In this document: positions 60,634 through 64,000 of the stretch, piece after piece
Layout: each line of letters begins with the position of its first letter
Position numbering within the stretch: position 1 is the first letter of the stretch
Assembly: GCA_026647365.1 (NCBI GenBank)
Contig: JAPKGW010000006.1
Span: 84,395 to 148,394 of the forward strand
Length of the DNA: 64,000 nt
Reading direction: 5' to 3'
Source: Phycisphaerales bacterium
GTDB lineage: Bacteria; Planctomycetota; Phycisphaerae; Phycisphaerales; UBA5793
Program-made: the position numbers and the translations under genes
Notes under the pieces: generated by a model
The model's database searches: none
What the model saw: only the letters and a program-made list of their open reading frames with translations
What the model was told of the DNA's origin: nothing

Positions 60634-62445
60634 CTACTCCACGTCCTCGCCTTCGATGACCTTGGCGATGGGCGGGGCCTTGTGAGGCGGCTCCATTTCG
60701 CCGCGCGCCATGCGGCCGAAGTAGTCGTTGAACGCCCGCATGGACTGGTAGCCCATGAGGACGATGATGGGGACGTTGGCCAGGAGCATCACGCCCGTGC
60801 CGAGGTCTGCGAGCAGGCCGAGTTGCGCATCGGTCTCGAGGAATCCCGGCCAGCTGGCGACAATGGCCAGGGCGCAGAAGACGAGTTTGTAGATGAGGAC
60901 TGTGAACGGCGCAATTGCCTTGCCGAAGAGGAAGACGACCCCCTGCTCGCCGTAATACGACCACGAGATCATCGTCGAAAACGCGAAGAGCCAGCAGACG
61001 GCCGTAACGAGGTATTTGCCGAGCCCCGGAATGGCGCGGTCGAACGCGTGGCCGGTGAGCGGCGCACCAACGAGATCCTGATACACACCCTTGTCGATGA
61101 GGACCGATCCCACCTGCGGTGCGTCCCACACGATGACCAGGTCTTTCACGCCATTGCCGTCTGCGTCCTCATCGATCTCGACCAGACGCCCGCCGATGCG
61201 AACTCGCGTGGATCCCGTGTTGGAGTTGGCTTCGGGCGCCTCCGCGAGAAGGAAGAAGCGATTCCCCCTGTACCAGCCGGCAGGCGGCGCCAGTTTCGGC
61301 AGGGATTCGAATGCCGTCGAAGCCTCGACCCTGGCGACCGTCTCGCCGGCGTCGTTCATCGTCTGGACGATGGCGATCTGGCCGTTGAAATCGCCGACCT
61401 TCTCGCGATTCCACGTGTTGGTGCTGAGGATGACCAGCGCCGTCAGGGTGCAGACAAGGCACGTATCAATGAACGGTTCGAGGCCGGCCACCACACCCTC
61501 GCGCACCGGCTCGTCGGTCTTGGCGGCGGAGTGCGCGATGGGGGACGAGCCTTGGCCCGCTTCGTTGGAGAAGAGGGCGCGGCGCAGGCCGGTGGTCAGG
61601 CCGAACCAGGCCGTGGCGCCCATGAACGCACCGGCGGCCTCCTGCGGATTGAACGCATCCTGAATGATGAAAAGGAGCAGGTCAGGGACGTTGGCAGCCT
61701 TCACGACTAGCACGACAATGCCGCCGACGATGTACAAGCCGCACATGAGAGGCACGAGTCGACCGGCCACGGCTCCGATGCGCTTGATGCCGCCGATAAT
61801 GACCATGGCCGTCAGGACGGCCAGCACAATGCCTGTTACTCGCGGGTCGACCGCGAAGTACTCGTTGGTAATGCGAGCCACGTTCCACACCTGGAACATG
61901 TTGCCGCCGGTCATGGTCGAGATGAGCAGGGTGACGCAGAAGATGGCGCCGACAAGCCACGCGAAGGGCTTGGCAATCCCGCCGACCTTGTCGCCGAAGC
62001 CGCGCTTGATGACCCACATCGCCCCGCCGTGCGGATTGTCCGGATCGCTCGTGTCGCGGTAGATCATGGCGAGGGTGACCTCGACGCTCTTGATCGCCAT
62101 GCCGAGGAATCCGACGACCCACATCCAGAAGACGGCGCCCGGCCCGCCGACGGCGACGGCGACGGCCACGCCGCCGATGTTGCCCAGGCCGACCGTGGCC
62201 GAGAGCGCGGCAGATAGCGCCTGGAAGTGGTTGATTGCGCCGGGGTCGCGCTTGTCGTCGTACTTGCCGCGAATCACGGACACGCCGTGCGTCAGTGCAC
62301 GGTACTGGATGAACTTGCTCCACACGGTGAAGAGAAACCCGACGGCCAGCAGGATGATGAAAGTGTGCTGCCCCCAGAGGATGTCGTCGGTGAAGCCCGG
62401 GATGTACCTGTTGTAGAAATCGACGAACCATTGGATCGGGTTCAT
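60634..62445 (-). CDS. Alanine/glycine:cation symporter (AGCS/AlsT family)
   Basis: FQALSAALSATVGLGNIGGVA.A…GGPGAVFWMW, R.LFSNEAGQGS.PIAH, EPFIDT..VCT.T, FAFSTMISWSYYGE. Confidence 0.95.
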   Translation of the reverse strand: MNPIQWFVDFYNRYIPGFTDDILWGQHTFIILLAVGFLFTVWSKFIQYRALTHGVSVIRGKYDDKRDPGAINHFQALSAALSATVGLGNIGGVAVAVAVGGPGAVFWMWVVGFLGMAIKSVEVTLAMIYRDTSDPDNPHGGAMWVIKRGFGDKVGGIAKPFAWLVGAIFCVTLLISTMTGGNMFQVWNVARITNEYFAVDPRVTGIVLAVLTAMVIIGGIKRIGAVAGRLVPLMCGLYIVGGIVVLVVKAANVPDLLLFIIQDAFNPQEAAGAFMGATAWFGLTTGLRRALFSNEAGQGSSPIAHSAAKTDEPVREGVVAGLEPFIDTCLVCTLTALVILSTNTWNREKVGDFNGQIAIVQTMNDAGETVARVEASTAFESLPKLAPPAGWYRGNRFFLLAEAPEANSNTGSTRVRIGGRLVEIDEDADGNGVKDLVIVWDAPQVGSVLIDKGVYQDLVGAPLTGHAFDRAIPGLGKYLVTAVCWLFAFSTMISWSYYGEQGVVFLFGKAIAPFTVLIYKLVFCALAIVASWPGFLETDAQLGLLADLGTGVMLLANVPIIVLMGYQSMRAFNDYFGRMARGEMEPPHKAPPIAKVIEGEDVE

Positions 62446-62649
62446 TCGGCTCTCCTTGGCGGGCGGGAAACACGGGACGAAAGGTGGAGTATGGTCCGCC
62501 CCCCACCGGGCGGAGTCAAACTCCGCTGAGCGCCCGGCAAACACACAAGCGGGAACAACGACGCGGCCGATAGCGATCTATAGTGCGGCTCTCATGGCGT
62601 CCGGCACGCGCTTCGTTCCGCGAACACCTGACTGAGGAGGTCCGGCGAG

Positions 62650-64000
62650 ATGGCAGAATCACGCGGCCAATGGGGATCACGACTCGGATTCATCCTCGCC
62701 GCCGCCGGCTCGGCGATCGGACTCGGGAACATCTGGAAGTTCCCCTACATCACGGGCGAGAACGGCGGCGGACTCTTTGTCCTCATCTACCTCATCTGCA
62801 TCGCGCTGGTGGGCCTGCCGATCATGATGGCGGAGATCATGATCGGCCGGTCGGCGCAGAAGTCCCCCGTCGGCGCCTTCCGCGCCCTCTCGCGCCCCGG
62901 CAGCCCGTGGGCGCTCGCCGGCGGCCTGGGCGTGGTCACGGCCTTTGTCATCCTCTCCTACTACAGCGTCGTGGCCGGCTGGGCCATGCACTACACCTGG
63001 CTCAGCCTCACCGACACCTTCTCGGGGCGCACTCCCGACGAGATCGGCGCGGTTTTCGGGAGCGTGTACGGCAGCGAAGAACTCAACGCGCTGTGGCACT
63101 TCATCTTCATGGGCGCAACGATCAGCATCGTGATCGCCGGTATCCGCGGCGGCATCGAACTGTGGTCGCGCATCCTCATGCCGGCGCTCTTCCTCATCCT
63201 TCTGGTTCTCTTCGTCTACGCCATGCAGTCGGAGGGATTCGGCCGGGCCGTCGAGTTCGTCTTCGCGCCGCACGCGGGCGACCTCACCGCCGCCGGCGTG
63301 CTCGAAGCCCTGGGCCACTCTTTCTTCACGCTCTCGCTGGGCATGGGCGCGATGATCACGTATGGCAGTTACCTTCAGCGCGACGAGGATCTCGTGACCA
63401 CGTCAGTGACCGTCAGCGTGCTCGACACGGCCGTTGCGCTGCTGGCGTGCCTGGTTCTCTTTCCGATCATCTTCACCGCGGGACTGGAACCGGCCGCCGG
63501 TCCGGGGCTGGTGTTCCGAAGCATCCCGATCGCCCTTTCGCAGATGCCCGGCGGGATGGTGCTGGCGCCGCTCTTTTTCCTGCTGCTCACCTTTGCGGCC
63601 CTCACGAGCGCCATCTCGCTGCTCGAGGTCGCCGCGTCCTACTTCATCGACGAGCGAGGCTGGTCGCGCACGAAGGCCACGCTCGCCACGGGCGGGTTGA
63701 TCACCCTCCTCGGCCTGCCTTCGGCGATGAGCGGCGGCTCGCGCCTGTTCGGGCAGGGCGTGACGGACCTCACCGCCCCGCTGCTCAAACTCCTCGGCCG
63801 CGACGCGGGCATGAACTGGTTCGATTTCTTTGATTACCTTGCCTCGAACTGGATGCTGCCCATCGGCGGGATGCTCATCGCGCTCTTCGTCGCCTGGCGC
63901 GTCGGCAACGCCGCTCGCGAGCAGGCGTTCAAAGCGGGCACGCGCCTCGGGCAGATCTACTGGACGTGGGTCTTTCTTCTCCGCTACATTGTGCCGCTCG
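62650..64000 (+). CDS. Sodium-dependent transporter, NSS/SNF family (3'-truncated; absent from the ORF track)
   Basis: GAGGAGG RBS; MAESRGQWGSRLGFILAAAGSAIGLGNIWKFPY..GENGGG.F, FFTLSLGMG.MITYGSY, GPGLVF; open to the window end. Confidence 0.95.
   Translation, partial: MAESRGQWGSRLGFILAAAGSAIGLGNIWKFPYITGENGGGLFVLIYLICIALVGLPIMMAEIMIGRSAQKSPVGAFRALSRPGSPWALAGGLGVVTAFVILSYYSVVAGWAMHYTWLSLTDTFSGRTPDEIGAVFGSVYGSEELNALWHFIFMGATISIVIAGIRGGIELWSRILMPALFLILLVLFVYAMQSEGFGRAVEFVFAPHAGDLTAAGVLEALGHSFFTLSLGMGAMITYGSYLQRDEDLVTTSVTVSVLDTAVALLACLVLFPIIFTAGLEPAAGPGLVFRSIPIALSQMPGGMVLAPLFFLLLTFAALTSAISLLEVAASYFIDERGWSRTKATLATGGLITLLGLPSAMSGGSRLFGQGVTDLTAPLLKLLGRDAGMNWFDFFDYLASNWMLPIGGMLIALFVAWRVGNAAREQAFKAGTRLGQIYWTWVFLLRYIVPL

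Overview
GC-rich bacterial chromosomal window, most likely a planctomycete of class Phycisphaerae. This is inferred from an H-X9-DG prepilin-type protein, an IPAPG-type PEP-CTERM tail, CPxCGYD..CPECG zinc-ribbon membrane proteins, a FlgI/HEAT lipoprotein and operon-less housekeeping genes. It holds about 50 genes. Housekeeping genes include sucC, atpD, truB, fbaB, rpsR, thiD, queG, xerD, recX, tRNA-Gly(CCC) and tRNA-Ser(GGA). Other content: two tandem 15-heme c-type cytochromes followed by a CxxC-less thioredoxin-fold/TPR protein; two ECF sigma/anti-sigma pairs, one with a vWA-fused anti-sigma and a 10-copy heptamer repeat between the genes; a Wzx/Wzy-type polysaccharide locus; several transporters; a candidate 6S-like RNA upstream of 5-formyl-THF cyclo-ligase; a decayed sulfatase/DNRLRE region; several REP-like inverted repeats; and a roughly 100-aa C-terminal domain found twice that may be an undescribed secretion/sorting module. 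I found no prophage, intact transposase, CRISPR array or defence system. All calls come from motif recognition by eye; no database searches were run.
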